A stretch of DNA of 64,000 bases from Eledone cirrhosa (lineage: Eukaryota), in the NCBI GenBank assembly GCA_964016885.1, contig OZ024754.1:6820001-6884000 (forward strand). The letters run 5' to 3'. A program made the position numbers and the translations under genes. The stretch's first letter is position 1. The number at the start of each line of letters is the position of its first letter. This document shows, piece by piece, positions 52,407 to 64,000 of the stretch. Under the pieces are notes generated by a model. The model had not been told where the DNA came from. It worked only from the letters and a program-made list of their open reading frames with translations, and did no database searches.

Positions 52407-54839
52407 ATTTTCCACATATCATTATAATCTATTATATAGAAGCATTGTGGATTGGCAGTATCGTTAGAGGGTCGGACGCCATGCTTTGCAGCAAAGAGTT
52501 ACGCTCCTTGATTCTTTAAATTATTCACTCCCTTTTAAAAGTAGTGGTGGTAGTGTTAGTATGAGATTTATCTCGACCAAAAGAATGTCTGGCAGTATCG
52601 GTAGAGCGTCAAATACCATGCTTTGCTGCATAGTTATGGCCTTTTACGTTCTGTGTTCAAATCCCGCCGAGGTTAACTTTGCCTTTCATCCTTGCGAAGT
52701 CGATAAAATAAATTACCAGTAATGCACTGAGGTAATCGCTGGCCATGCGCCAAAAAGTAGAAGCAATTTATATCATATACAATGCTTCAAGCAAACTACA
52801 TTTTATTTTTTTCCCTTATTTTAAGCACCTCCCATTACAACCACCTTGTGGCGTGGCACAGGTTTAGGGTACCACTCGCATAGACACTCCTTCGTTGGCT
52901 GATAGGAACTTTGTGGTTAGTAGTTAAGTGTTTGAGGGGGATTAGTGGTAACTGTCGTCCTAGAAGATAGGTTAAAAAGATAGTGGTTGCTAAGGTTAGT
53001 ACTTTGGTATGGGACATTGGAATGAACAAAACACTGGATTATTTGGGATTTAGAACAAAACCTTTTTATACAGATTTAGTACAACTGAATCCTGTATGTA
53101 CTGTTGGTGTGTTGGTGTATTTGGGGTAGTGGTGTTATTAGTGGACAGGTTAAGTAACAAGTGAGTAGATACATGTATTTGTGTACTTGTGGATATATCT
53201 GTATGTTTGCATGGAAGGGGTGGTAGGAGAGGGAGTGTCACAGTTGAAACAAGATATATTGGTTTAAGACTTTCTGTAATCTGAGCCACCACCAGCCCAC
53301 TGCCCTTCCTGTTTTTGCTGTCTGTCCTTCATATTGTAGCTTGGTAACAGATCTGAGTGGATCATGTACAGTTGCTAGGTTGTAAACTATAAAAAAATGT
53401 ACAAAAACAATTTAAAATAATGCTTCAAGAACTTATTGCAACATCGATAGGGTGTAGTGGGGTGACAGGGGGTCATAGATTGTGTTCGTGCATTATATAT
53501 ATGCGCGCGCACACAGTACGTATGTATGAAGAGTCTTACATATTTGTCTCAAACTGAAATATAAGCATATATGCTCTTATATATATATATCCCATGTGGC
53601 CTATCAAGTTAACTAGATCTGATATAAATAAATAAAAAATGCATCTCATATATATATATATATATATATAAGAACAAACTACATCTCGTGTGTGTGTGTG
53701 TGTGTAAACTAGATCTGAGATATGTATATATTTAACTAGATCTTTTATGTGTGTGTATATATATGTATGTGTGTATTTATAGATATATTTAAAAGGTCAA
53801 GTTATGAACTAGAAACCACTTTAAAGGGAAGCATTCATTTCGAGGTAAGACATTGAGAATATTATCCATATATTATTTTAGATATTTAAAAACCCAATAT
53901 TTAGCAAAACTCTGTTTTTTAAATAGTTCACCTTACATTTAATTATAACATTTATCAGTCAACTGAAATTCATTGTTTCATTCAAAAGCTTTTACTGAGC
54001 GAAACGCATGACTATCACGGATTACTTTAATTTAAATATGATAGATTCTTCACCAGTGTCGACGATGAGCATTCAACTGTTCAATCATCTGAACGAACAG
54101 TTAAATTAACGTGTAACGGACTATTTCAGACATGTGTGGCCTTCAGATAATTCTCAATATAACAATTAGCATCAAACTCTCCCCCTCTCCATATCTGCTA
54201 TACGAAGCTCTCTTCCATTCCCCCTCTCTATATCAATTAGCACCAAACTCTCCCCCTCTCTATATCTACTACACAACTCTTTCAATGCCCCCTCTCTATG
54301 AATAAACACCAAACTCTCCCCCTCTCTATATCTACTTTTTTTTAAATTATACTTTGTTATATTTTGACGTTTAGTTTTTTTTGTCCCTTATATATGATTA
54401 TGTGGATTAGCAGTATCGGAAGAGGGTTGGACGCCATGCTTTCCAGCATAGTTACGTCCCTTTACAGTCTGAGTTCAAATCCCGCCGAGGTTGACTTTGC
54501 CTTTCATCCTTACGGGGTCGATAAAATAAAGTACCAGTAATGCACTGGGTAATTGCTGGCCTTGTGCCTAAAGTAGAAACAATTATTATCCGAGGTTAAC
54601 TTTGCCTTTCATCCTTACGGGGTCGATAAAATAAAGTACCAGTAATGCACTGGGTAATTGCTGGCCTTGTGCCTAAAGTAGAAACAATTATATATATATA
54701 ACAGGGTGTGGTAAGATACCAGGTGGACCATAACGCACTAGAGTACTCAATACTTAGGGTAGTAGAGTGGGTAATAGGAAAAGAGTCAGGACCCCGACGG
54801 CTGAGCTCCGGCCGTTTCGACAGCCCTGACTACATTCTC

Positions 54840-54880
<41 letters not shown>

Positions 54881-55136
54881 GGATACTATTTATGGTTATG
54901 TATATACTAAAACCTTTTATAGTTATATATATATTATACCCTAAATAGTGAAAGACAGTAATTTATTACTATCTTAATATCTTGTGTTGAAAAGGAGGTC
55001 AAGTATGTTAACAATCACTGAATAATTGCTCTGAAGACTCCAAACCTCGGTTTGGAAGAAACAATTGTAAGCAGATAAATGATTTAAACAACTTTGTTTC
55101 ATGTAATCTCTCTCTGTCTCTCTCTCTCTGTCTCTC

Positions 55137-55179
<43 letters not shown>

Positions 55180-55311
55180 GTCTCTCTCTCGCTGTGTCTC
55201 GCTGTGTCTCTCTGTGTCTCTCTCTCTCTCTCTCTATACGCACACATATCCATGGACTGTAACTTGGAGTTACTGTAGGTTCATCCGGGTGAGCACTCGA
55301 TGTTTAGGTTC

Positions 55312-55350
<39 letters not shown>

Positions 55351-55418
55351 GCGGGGAATTGACGGTATCAGTAGAGGGTTGGACGCCATGCTTTCAAATC
55401 CTGCCTAAAAGTAGAAAC

Positions 55419-55462
<44 letters not shown>

Positions 55463-56742
55463 TGTTGGTGTCTGTTTTACACTTTGTAACCACAAGGAGA
55501 TTGTCTTAGATAAATGGGATTATGTTGTTGATTTGATAGATGGTGTTTGTGGGTGGAGGGGTGATGGTTGAGGGTAGTGGAACCCATAAGTCCTTCACCC
55601 CAACAACCTTCGCTAAGCACTACCATTGTCACTATGGTTGCCCGTTGCACCCATCAACATCACCGCCATCTCAACCACCATCACCACCACAGCCACCATC
55701 ACCACCACAACCATCACCATCACCACCACAACCACCATCACCACCACAACCATCATCATCAATGCCACCACCACTTTGGGGTGGGTGAGAGATGTCTTCT
55801 CTTGTGAAAATGGGTATAGCTTACATTATGTGGTGGATTGGCAGTATCGTTAGAGGGTCGGAAGCCATGTTTTGACGCATAGAGTTACGGCCCTTACCAT
55901 TCTGAGTTCAAATCCCGCCGAGGTTAACTTTGCCTTTCATCCTTACGGGGTCGATAAAATAAAGTACCAGTAATGCACTGGGGTAATTGCTGGCCTTGTG
56001 CCAAAAGTAGAAACAATTATGTAAAATTTCCCCATTTTGCTTCATTTCTCCCCGTTTTGGGGCCCTTTTTTTCATGGTACTCCTCGTTTGGGTTTTTAGA
56101 GGTTGGCAGGTTTTTATTAAAATGTCCACCCAGAATGTTCTGAAGTCCTCCATACCACCTTCACCACCCACACCGAGCACCAAAGTCTAGTGACGGGCCT
56201 GGTGTGATATGCTAGTAACAACAGTCAAATCTCTGCCATCTTAAAAAAAGTCACGACACATTCGATAATGTCTGCCTAGATACATTATGTCTGAAAGTAT
56301 CAATAAAAAAGTTGAGATGGTCCTTTGACCAATCAAGAAATATTCTATATTTCCTCAAATTCTCTTCCTTTTCCTTTCTTCAAACTCCCTTTCATTTAGT
56401 CCCTCCTCGCCCCCCCCCCCCTCTTACACACATACCTTACTCATATATATATATATATATATTATTGATATTTTATTTGAGTGACCCGAATCTTCCTGGT
56501 CGTTCTTTTTCGGCTGCATGGGTGATTTTAGGCATGATCTCTATGTGTTGGTATTTTAACGATAGTTATAGCTCTGATTTATCCAAATTATTGAGCCCTC
56601 TGCCACACATGTCGGATATTGTTTATCGTGATTTCGTGGGCTGATATTCCGATTCTCGATTATTCTACTATATATATATATATATATATATACATATATT
56701 AATTCAAAATATTAACAAAATAGATATTCTTGTGATCAAGTA

Positions 56743-56809
56743 TATTTTATTATACATATTTCAGAGGTACTGAGTTAAGTTCAACAGTACGTCCTCATCA
56801 GATAAAATA
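56743..56809 (-). ncRNA. Minimal type I hammerhead ribozyme motif
   Basis: Minus strand: UAUUUUAU-CUGAUGA-GGAcGUACUG..CAGUACcUCU-GAA-AUAUGUAU-A-AUAAAAUA. 8-bp stem I, complete core, near-palindromic short stem III, AUA cleavage triplet. Confidence 0.75.
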
Positions 56810-57102
56810 AGATGATGCATGACATACTCTGACGTAGGAGATGGTTAAGATTAAGTATAAATAAATATATATATATATATATATAGGAACGATCGACTTT
56901 CGTCAAATCGGACCGAGGGAACAATGTTTCCGTTGGTCTTTCCAATTGCTAATACTATCTATCGGTCGCAACTCCAGGTAGAAGGAGCAACGTGAAATAA
57001 AGTGTCTTGCTCAAGGACATAACGCATCGCCTGGTCCAGGAATCGAACTCACAACCTTACGATTGCGAATCCAATTCTCTAACCACTCAGCCGCACGCCT
57101 TC

Positions 57103-57149
57103 ATATATAGAGCACTCTTTTTTCCTTTGCGTTTTCTTCGGAATTACCT

Positions 57150-57185
<36 letters not shown>

Positions 57186-57230
57186 GTAATTCCGAAGAAA
57201 ACGCAAAGGAAAAAAGAGTGCTCTATATAT
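57103..57230. repeat. 48-bp inverted repeat around a (TA)n loop
   Basis: atatatagagcactc...ggaattaccta / taggtaattcc...gagtgctctatatat. Confidence 0.85.
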
Positions 57231-57244
57231 AGAACAGAGCTATT

Positions 57245-57418
57245 TAATTAGAAAGTGAACAACACAAAATATAACTACTCCATTACCAAAGGTTTCTGGA
57301 TCCCAGACGATATTAATATACGTCTGGATCGGTCATCAGACAGAGATGTTATTAACATCTGTCTGGGAACCAGACACATTTGGTAATGGAGTAGTTATAT
57401 TTTGTGTTGTTTATTTTC

Positions 57419-57424
<6 letters not shown>
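57245..57424. mobile_element. TA-flanked fold-back element with hammerhead-like core
   Basis: Arms taattagaaa...ctactccattaccaaa / tttggtaatggagtag...tttctaatta; the minus strand carries CTGATGA (57339-57333), a hairpin and GAAAC. Confidence 0.7.
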
Positions 57425-57453
<29 letters not shown>

Positions 57454-57494
57454 GATATATTAACAAATGGAAACTATATTTATAAAACCATATT

Positions 57495-57559
57495 TATTTC
57501 ATTATACATATTTCAAGGACACCAAGTTAAATTATGGTGTGCTTTCATCAGATAAAATA
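57495..57559 (-). ncRNA. Type I hammerhead ribozyme motif (left arm of palindrome)
   Basis: UAUUUUAU-CUGAUGA-AAGcACACCA..UGGUGUcCUU-GAA-AUAUGUAU-A-AUGAAAUA. Confidence 0.7.
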
Positions 57560-57694
57560 TAATATAGATCAGTTTTATAAATAAATATTGACATACCCTT
57601 AAAGAATGCAACCATTACTGTTGGAAGCTCCGACAGTAATGGTTGGATTCTTTAAGGGTATGTCAATATTTATTTATAAAACTGATCTATATTA

Positions 57695-57759
57695 TATTTT
57701 ATCTGATGAAAGTACACCACAATTTAACTTGGTCTCCTTGAAATATGTATAATGAAATA
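57695..57759 (+). ncRNA. Type I hammerhead ribozyme motif (right arm of palindrome)
   Basis: TATTTTAT-CTGATGA-AAGTACACCA..TGGTCTCCTT-GAA-ATATGTAT-A-ATGAAATA; stem II has two mismatches. Confidence 0.65.
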
Positions 57760-57869
57760 AATATGGTTTCCATTTGTTAATATCGTATTTTTACTCCAAA
57801 TATTTGTTGAGTGCTTTATATCAGTTATAAAAATATTTGCTTGTTGTATCCCAACAATTTAAATAGAAC

Positions 57870-57934
<65 letters not shown>

Positions 57935-58046
57935 GGGAGTGTAACATGAAGTTGCTGTAGGCTCACCCAGGTGAGCACTCGATGTTTAGGTTCACGTCAG
58001 TGGTAAGGTGTAGAGCTAGACAGAGTGTAATATAATTAGTATTATG

Positions 58047-58083
<37 letters not shown>

Positions 58084-58254
58084 TTGAGTGTGTGTGTGAC
58101 CGGAAAAACAAATCTTGTTCAACTGGTTTCACATTTCCAAAATGAAGAAAACGTTTCTCGTAGAAGAAAAAAAAAAAAAAAAAAAAAGGATTGACAAACA
58201 GACAGACAGACAGATATATATAGAAAGAGGGGGAAGGAAATAGAATGAAGGTTT

Positions 58255-58292
<38 letters not shown>

Positions 58293-58480
58293 AGGGTGTA
58301 AAGGAATTAATGTGAAAGAGGTTTTGTATTATTGTTGGTGAGAGGGAAATATGAGAATAGGTGATGGACAATTGGACAATGGAGTTGGTGTTTCACACAC
58401 ACACACATTCTCTCTCTCTCTCTCTCTCTCTCAAACACACACACAGAGGCACATACACACAGAGGCACACACACACAGAG

Positions 58481-58528
<48 letters not shown>

Positions 58529-58970
58529 TGGACAGGACTAGGTTGAGTTTGAGTATCTGTTGATAGACAGCCGAAGAAAAGAATAGAAAGCAGACCGATG
58601 ATGAAAGACATTCCAATAGTGACCATCCCATCTTGTTTTAACAGACAGTGTGTCTAGGACTACATTACCCAAATGTGGCATTCCTTCCTTCCATTTTCTA
58701 TCGTCTTGTTTACACAGTGTATCTAGGACTACACTGTCTAATGTGGTCTTCCTTTCCTCCATATGACCAGTGCTGGATTTAGGACAAATGAGGCCATGTG
58801 CTAGTTAAGTTATGAGGCCCCTTACATAAGCCCTGAAGGAGGTAAACAAAATGTGTTGGCAGGAAGATGCCCCCCCCCCTTCTCGGCCATCGGGGCCCTG
58901 TGCTTAAGCACAGTCAAGCACAGCCAAGCACAATGGTAAATCCGATACTGCATATGACAATGCGATTTGA

Positions 58971-60110
58971 GAAGAGTTTAGCTATTTCTACCGTCTTGTT
59001 TACAGTGTATCTAGGACTACATTATCTAATGTGTCATTCCTTCCCTCCACATGACAGTGTGATTTAAGGAGAGTTTAGCTATTTCTACCGTCTTGTTTAC
59101 AGTGTACCTAGGACTACATTATCTAATGTGTCCTTCCTTCCCTCCACATGACAGTGTGATTTAAGGAGAGTTTAGCTATTTCTACCGTCTTGTTTACAGT
59201 GTACCTAGGACTACATTATCTAATGTGTCCTTCCTTCCCTCCACATGACAGTGTGATTTAAGGAGAGTTTAGCTATTTCTACCGTCTTGTTTACAGTGTA
59301 CCTAGGACTACATTATCTAATGTGTCCTTCCTTCCCTCCACATGACAGTGTGATTTAAGGAGAGTTTAGCTATTTCTACCGTCTTGTTTACAGTGTACCT
59401 AGGACTACATTATCTAATGTGTCCTTCCTTCCCTCCACATGACAGTGTGATTTAAGGAGAGTTTAGCTATTTCTACCGTCTTGTTTACAGTGTACCTAGG
59501 ACTACATTATCTAATGTGTCCTTCCTTCCCTCCACATGACAGTGTGATTTAAGGAGAGTTTAGCTATTTCTACCGTCTTGTTTACAGTGTACCTAGGACT
59601 ACATTATCTAATGTGTCCTTCCTTCCCTCCACATGACAGTGTGATTTAAGGAGAGTTTAGCTATTTCTACCGTCTTGTTTACAGTGTACCTAGGACTACA
59701 TTATCTAATGTGTCCTTCCTTCCCTCCACATGACAGTGTGATTTAAGGAGAGTTTAGCTATTTCTACCGTCTTGTTTACAGTGTACCTAGGACTACATTA
59801 TCTAATGTGTCCTTCCTTCCCTCCACATGACAGTGTGATTTAAGGAGAGTTTAGCTATTTCTACCGTCTTGTTTACAGTGTACCTAGGACTACATTATCT
59901 AATGTGTCCTTCCTTCCCTCCACATGACAGTGTGATTTAAGGAGAGTTTAGCTATTTCTACCGTCTTGTTTACAGTGTACCTAGGACTACATTATCTAAT
60001 GTGTCCTTCCTTCCCTCCACATGACAGTGTGATTTAAGGAGAGTTTAGCTATTTCTACCGTTTTGTTTACACTGTATATCTAGGACTACATTATCCAATG
60101 TGTCCTTTCT
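58971..60110. repeat. 97-bp tandem repeat, ~11-12 near-identical units
   Basis: gctatttctaccgtc recurs at 58981, 59078, 59175 and onward. Confidence 0.95.
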
Positions 60111-61109
60111 TGCCCTTTTTCCGGATGATAGTGTGATCTGAGAAGTGACTGGTTAACTCTAGCAGGCCATGCGACCACACAGACGCACTTGAAAATTTGA
60201 GAGGGACGTTGTATAACCATAAATCTGTTTAGGGTCTCAAAAAACTGGTGGGAGGGAAAGAGAAAGGCATCATCGAATGAGAAACCCAGCTTGAATACTT
60301 GCTGTAGACTGGACTCCGTTAAAGACACCCAAGGGACAAGTGGTGGTGTTAAACCGGGTGACACATTAAATCTTCTAAATACGTAGGCCACAGTGGAATT
60401 TGAACACAGAACGCGAAGAGTCGAAACAAATACCACAAGGCACCTTGTCCGATGCTTTAACAATTCTGCCACACCTTTCCCTACCTCCAGACAGATAGTT
60501 TATTTTATCGATCTTTGAAGAACGAAAGGCAAAGTTGACGTCAGTATGATTTGAATCCAGAGCACATAGAGCTGGGACAAATACCACAACACATTTTGTT
60601 CGACGCTCTCACGATTCTAATTCAACACACGCGAAGGAGAACGAAGAATTTTTACTTTCATCAAAGTTCTCAAGGATGACAGTGCACTGATAGGTGACTT
60701 AGGAGAGGAAGGTGAGGCTCCAGTTAGTGCCGAATTTACCATTGTGCTTAGATGGAAGGGGCATCTATCTTCTTGCCCCCAAAATTTTCACGATGAACTT
60801 TTCAAATATCATAACTTAACTAGAACAGGGCCTCATTTGTCTTAAATCCGGCACTGACTCCAGTAAAACCTACTGGTAGACACTGAGAAAAGAAAGAGAC
60901 TGAGGGGAATAAAAGAAACTGAAGTGGGGTAAAAAAAAAAGGGGGTTTAATAAGTTTTGTGATGTTGGATAAAAGGTCGGTTGTTGGTAGGCCCAGAGAA
61001 GTTGGCCCTTTTTGGGGAAGTAGATCTCTGTAAAGAGTAAAACATAAATAGAAACAAGAATGATTGTATGTTTCTGAGTTATAGAATGATTCTTCCCCCT
61101 CCTTATAAA

Positions 61110-61640
61110 AACTCGACAGGGTGAAAGTGTGTTACGGAAATTGACAGGGTGAAAGAGAAGAAGAGAAATTGATATGGAGAAAGAGAGGAAGAGAAAGTGA
61201 CATGGAGAAAGAGAGTTAGGGAAATTGACAGCATGAAAAGAGTTAGGGGAATTGACAGGATGAAAGAGAGTTATAGAAAGATACAAGGTGATAGAGAGTT
61301 AGAGAACTTGACAGGGAGAAAAAGAGTTAGAGAACTTGACAGGGAGAAAGAGAGTTAGGGAAATTGACATGGTGAAAGAGAGTTAGGGAAATTGACAGGG
61401 AGAAAGAGAGTTAGAGAACTTGACAGGGAGAAAGAGAGTTAGAGAACTTGACAGGGAGAAAGAGAGTTAGGAAAATTGACATGGTGAAAGAGAGTTAGAG
61501 AAAGAGAGTTATAGAAAGATACAAGATGATAGAGAGTTAGAGAAATTGACATGGTGAAAGAGAGTTAGGGAAATTGACATGGTGAAAGAGAGTTATAGAA
61601 ACTGACTTGGTGCAAGAGAGTTATAGAAAGCGATAGAGTA
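61110..61640. repeat. ~28-bp purine-rich minisatellite
   Basis: gaaattgacagggagaaagagagttagg variants. Confidence 0.85.
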
Positions 61641-61687
61641 AAACAGAAAAGGAAGAAGAGAACTCTTTTAAAAGCAGACGACTTTAA

Positions 61688-61735
61688 TACGCATGCGCAT
61701 ACGATGACGTGAAAGGAGTCCCAAGATGGCTGCCG
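61688..61735 (+). promoter_or_regulatory. Housekeeping promoter of TRIP11 (NRF1-like, CRE-like and YY1-like motifs)
   Basis: ACGCATGCGCAT, TGACGT and CAAGATGGCTGCC clustered within 50 bp, ~300 bp upstream of the TRIP11 ATG. Confidence 0.65.
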
Positions 61736-62034
61736 TCGTGTTGGCAAATTTGAGTTGGAAAACTGTTACATCAGCAGTGGCTATAGAAGCTATGTTACCG
61801 GGTTGTCTGTTGTCGAGATGGTCATATTTGCATCCATAAGAAAGTGCATTAGGGGAATTATACTTTCGATATTAAAAGAAAGAAAACAACAAACAAAAAA
61901 CAAGACAACCGCTGCAACAACAACAAACATTAACTATATTATTACAGTAATAACAACAATAACAATAAGGAGAACTGAAATTAATAATAGTAACGCACAT
62001 ACATCTACCTACACAAACACAAACAGTAACAGCC

Positions 62035-62128
62035 ATGTCGTGGATTGGTGGAAGTTTATCCACAATTACTGGTCAGTTGTCCAACTTTACCAAAGATATA
62101 TTGACGGAGGGGACCGAGGAAGTTAGTG
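62035..62128 (+). CDS. TRIP11: TRIP11/GMAP-210 golgin, first coding exon (gene continues beyond window end)
   Basis: gcc[34 protein letters not shown](G|gtacgt) matches the vertebrate GMAP-210 N-terminus ...[26 protein letters not shown] as recalled; not in the ORF track. Confidence 0.92.
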
Positions 62129-62582
62129 GTACGTACACAAAACTCTCGCCCGTCCCCGCCTCCTAATATATATATATATGTATATGTGTATGTATATATA
62201 TATATATATATATTCCTCATGTAATGTAACAGTCGTACTTTATCGTTCATTTCTATGCGTTTGTGTCTGAAATATATACTTTGTTTTATACTTGTCGTTT
62301 CCTTCTGCTACTACAACTTGACAGACCCGGCATTTTCATAAAATTTACACCCACCGATATCATAACAACACACACCCTACTATAGCTAATTAAAAACGTT
62401 GATATTTAAGACTAGATCGGTTAAGATGTAATGTTAAATGCATGTGCCTTAAAGGACAACAAACGAGAGAGAGAGAGAGAGAGAGAGTGAAAGGGACTGG
62501 GTGGTCATAATTGGAACGCGTTTTGTCATAGGTCTATTCGTCCAGAGGCTAAACATCAACATTAACAGTCATAAGCACACAC

Positions 62583-62634
<52 letters not shown>

Positions 62635-62714
62635 GTATTTATATAATTAAATTGTTCACATCTTGTTGTCCAGCTAGTCCGAAAGGGAAGTAGAACTCAA
62701 TATTTATAATAGAG

Positions 62715-62770
<56 letters not shown>

Positions 62771-64000
62771 TATTTACTATTTTTTCTTACAACATAGATA
62801 TGATGTTTCAGCAAAGCGAGTTGAAATACCGAAGAAGCATAACGAACTATCCATCCACTTGCTTTGTTGTATATGAAGTCTCATAGCTATGTTGGTTGAA
62901 ATTAAAATGAATAAATAAACCTATACATATGTATGTGTGTATATGTATATATGTAGGAGATGTATGATGTCGTCCTACTAGCTAGAAATAGCAGCCTAGT
63001 TTCCTTCCAATCACATACACACCCGTCCTGTATGTTTGCATTCTGGTGGCTACGTCTTGTTTGGCCGAAAGTTACAGTAGTTTGTGTTTACTTCTTTTCT
63101 TTCTTTCTTGCTGCTGGTGGTGATGGTGGTGTTGATAGTAGGGTGACATCGTTACATCACGCCTGGGCTACAATACACTTTGATTGTCACGTTTACAATC
63201 TTAGGAGGTATACATACATGTGTATGTATGTGTATGTATGTGTGTGTGTGTTTGGGAAGGCGCCTGGTCTAGTTGTTATGAGGTTCGGGTCACGATCTTA
63301 AAGTGGTGAGTTCGATTCTTGGCGCCATGTTTTCTCCTTTAACAAGAGACTTTATTAAAAGTTGTTCCAGTCCACTCCCCCTAGAATAAAAGACAAAATC
63401 TTTCTATCTGTAGTTCAAATATCCAGTCTTGTCACATACTGTGACACGCTAAATCTCTCCGAAAATTATGTTTAAGACTACACGTGCTTGTGGAATGCAC
63501 GTTAATTTTACGAGCATGCTGTTCCTTTGATCAAAACACTGGAACACTCGTCGTTGGAACCGACGGAAGTCCCAATAACAACACGCTCATCCCAGTTGAC
63601 AGCACTTAGTTCACAACAAAAGAACATCTACTTGATGACTCGACCTGCTAGTTTTAGCTGTTGAAATCTCCCTCAAAGCACACCTTGCCGTCCATCTTAA
63701 ATATGGCCAGGGCTTGTTAGATAATCTTGTTAGGTAATCTTAAAAAAAAAACAGGCTAGTTGGTCATGGCTGGAATGTTCTTAACACACCTGCACAATCA
63801 TATTTCCTGTTTTTTTTTTTACGTATGTAGGTATGTATGTATCTATATATGTAGACAGGTTGGCGTGTGTATATATTGTGTGTGTGTATGCATGTTGTTT
63901 ATCCGCCCTCTCTTCACCCGGTCGAACTGCCCCATCAAACAAACAAATGGTGAAAAGCGCTCCAGTTGTGGCCATTCCATGTTTTTTTGTATTTTCATGG

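Larger units (their letters stand above)
57452..57786. mobile_element. Fold-back element, ~150-bp inverted arms
   Basis: Near-perfect palindrome centred at ~57627 (cattactgttgg-aagc-tccgacagtaatg), preceded by (TA)n. Confidence 0.85.

Noticed and set aside
52835-53340. Possible LINE endonuclease remnant (RTDSKNRKGSGL) on the minus strand
   Set aside because: Only a faint motif, broken by stops; cannot be supported without a profile search.
61755-62126. 123-aa ORF from the track
   Set aside because: Wrong frame and TTG start; the conserved TRIP11 frame starts at 62035.

Overview
AT-rich, microsatellite- and SINE-dense eukaryotic DNA; the repeat families and gene structure point to an octopus (inference). 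Most ORFs in the supplied track are microsatellite or tandem-repeat artefacts. Splicing by hand gives four genes. (1) The 5' part of cytoplasmic isoleucyl-tRNA synthetase IARS1 on the minus strand: 5 coding exons, 6091-1966, running off the left edge, with a probable non-coding exon 1 and promoter near 29.6-29.9 kb. (2) An unrecognised 162-aa secreted, helical-looking protein on the plus strand: 5 coding exons, 36019-40601. (3) A complete 13-exon, 508-aa patatin-like protein on the plus strand (42646-51379). Its GxSxG nucleophile reads GIGSG and its glycine-rich loop reads GCASKG, while DGG is intact, so it is a probable pseudo-phospholipase with a lipidation-type N-terminus and decayed EF-hand-like motifs. 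(4) The first coding exon of TRIP11/GMAP-210 (62035-62128), behind an NRF1/CRE/YY1-type promoter with a uORF. At 56.7-57.8 kb a cluster of TA-flanked fold-back elements carries minimal type I hammerhead ribozyme motifs. The rest is tRNA-derived SINEs, RTE and CR1/L2 LINE remnants, piggyBac/hAT/Tc1-type MITEs and minisatellites, two of which derive from RTE sequence. All coordinates, translations and folds were derived by eye; repeat boundaries are approximate.
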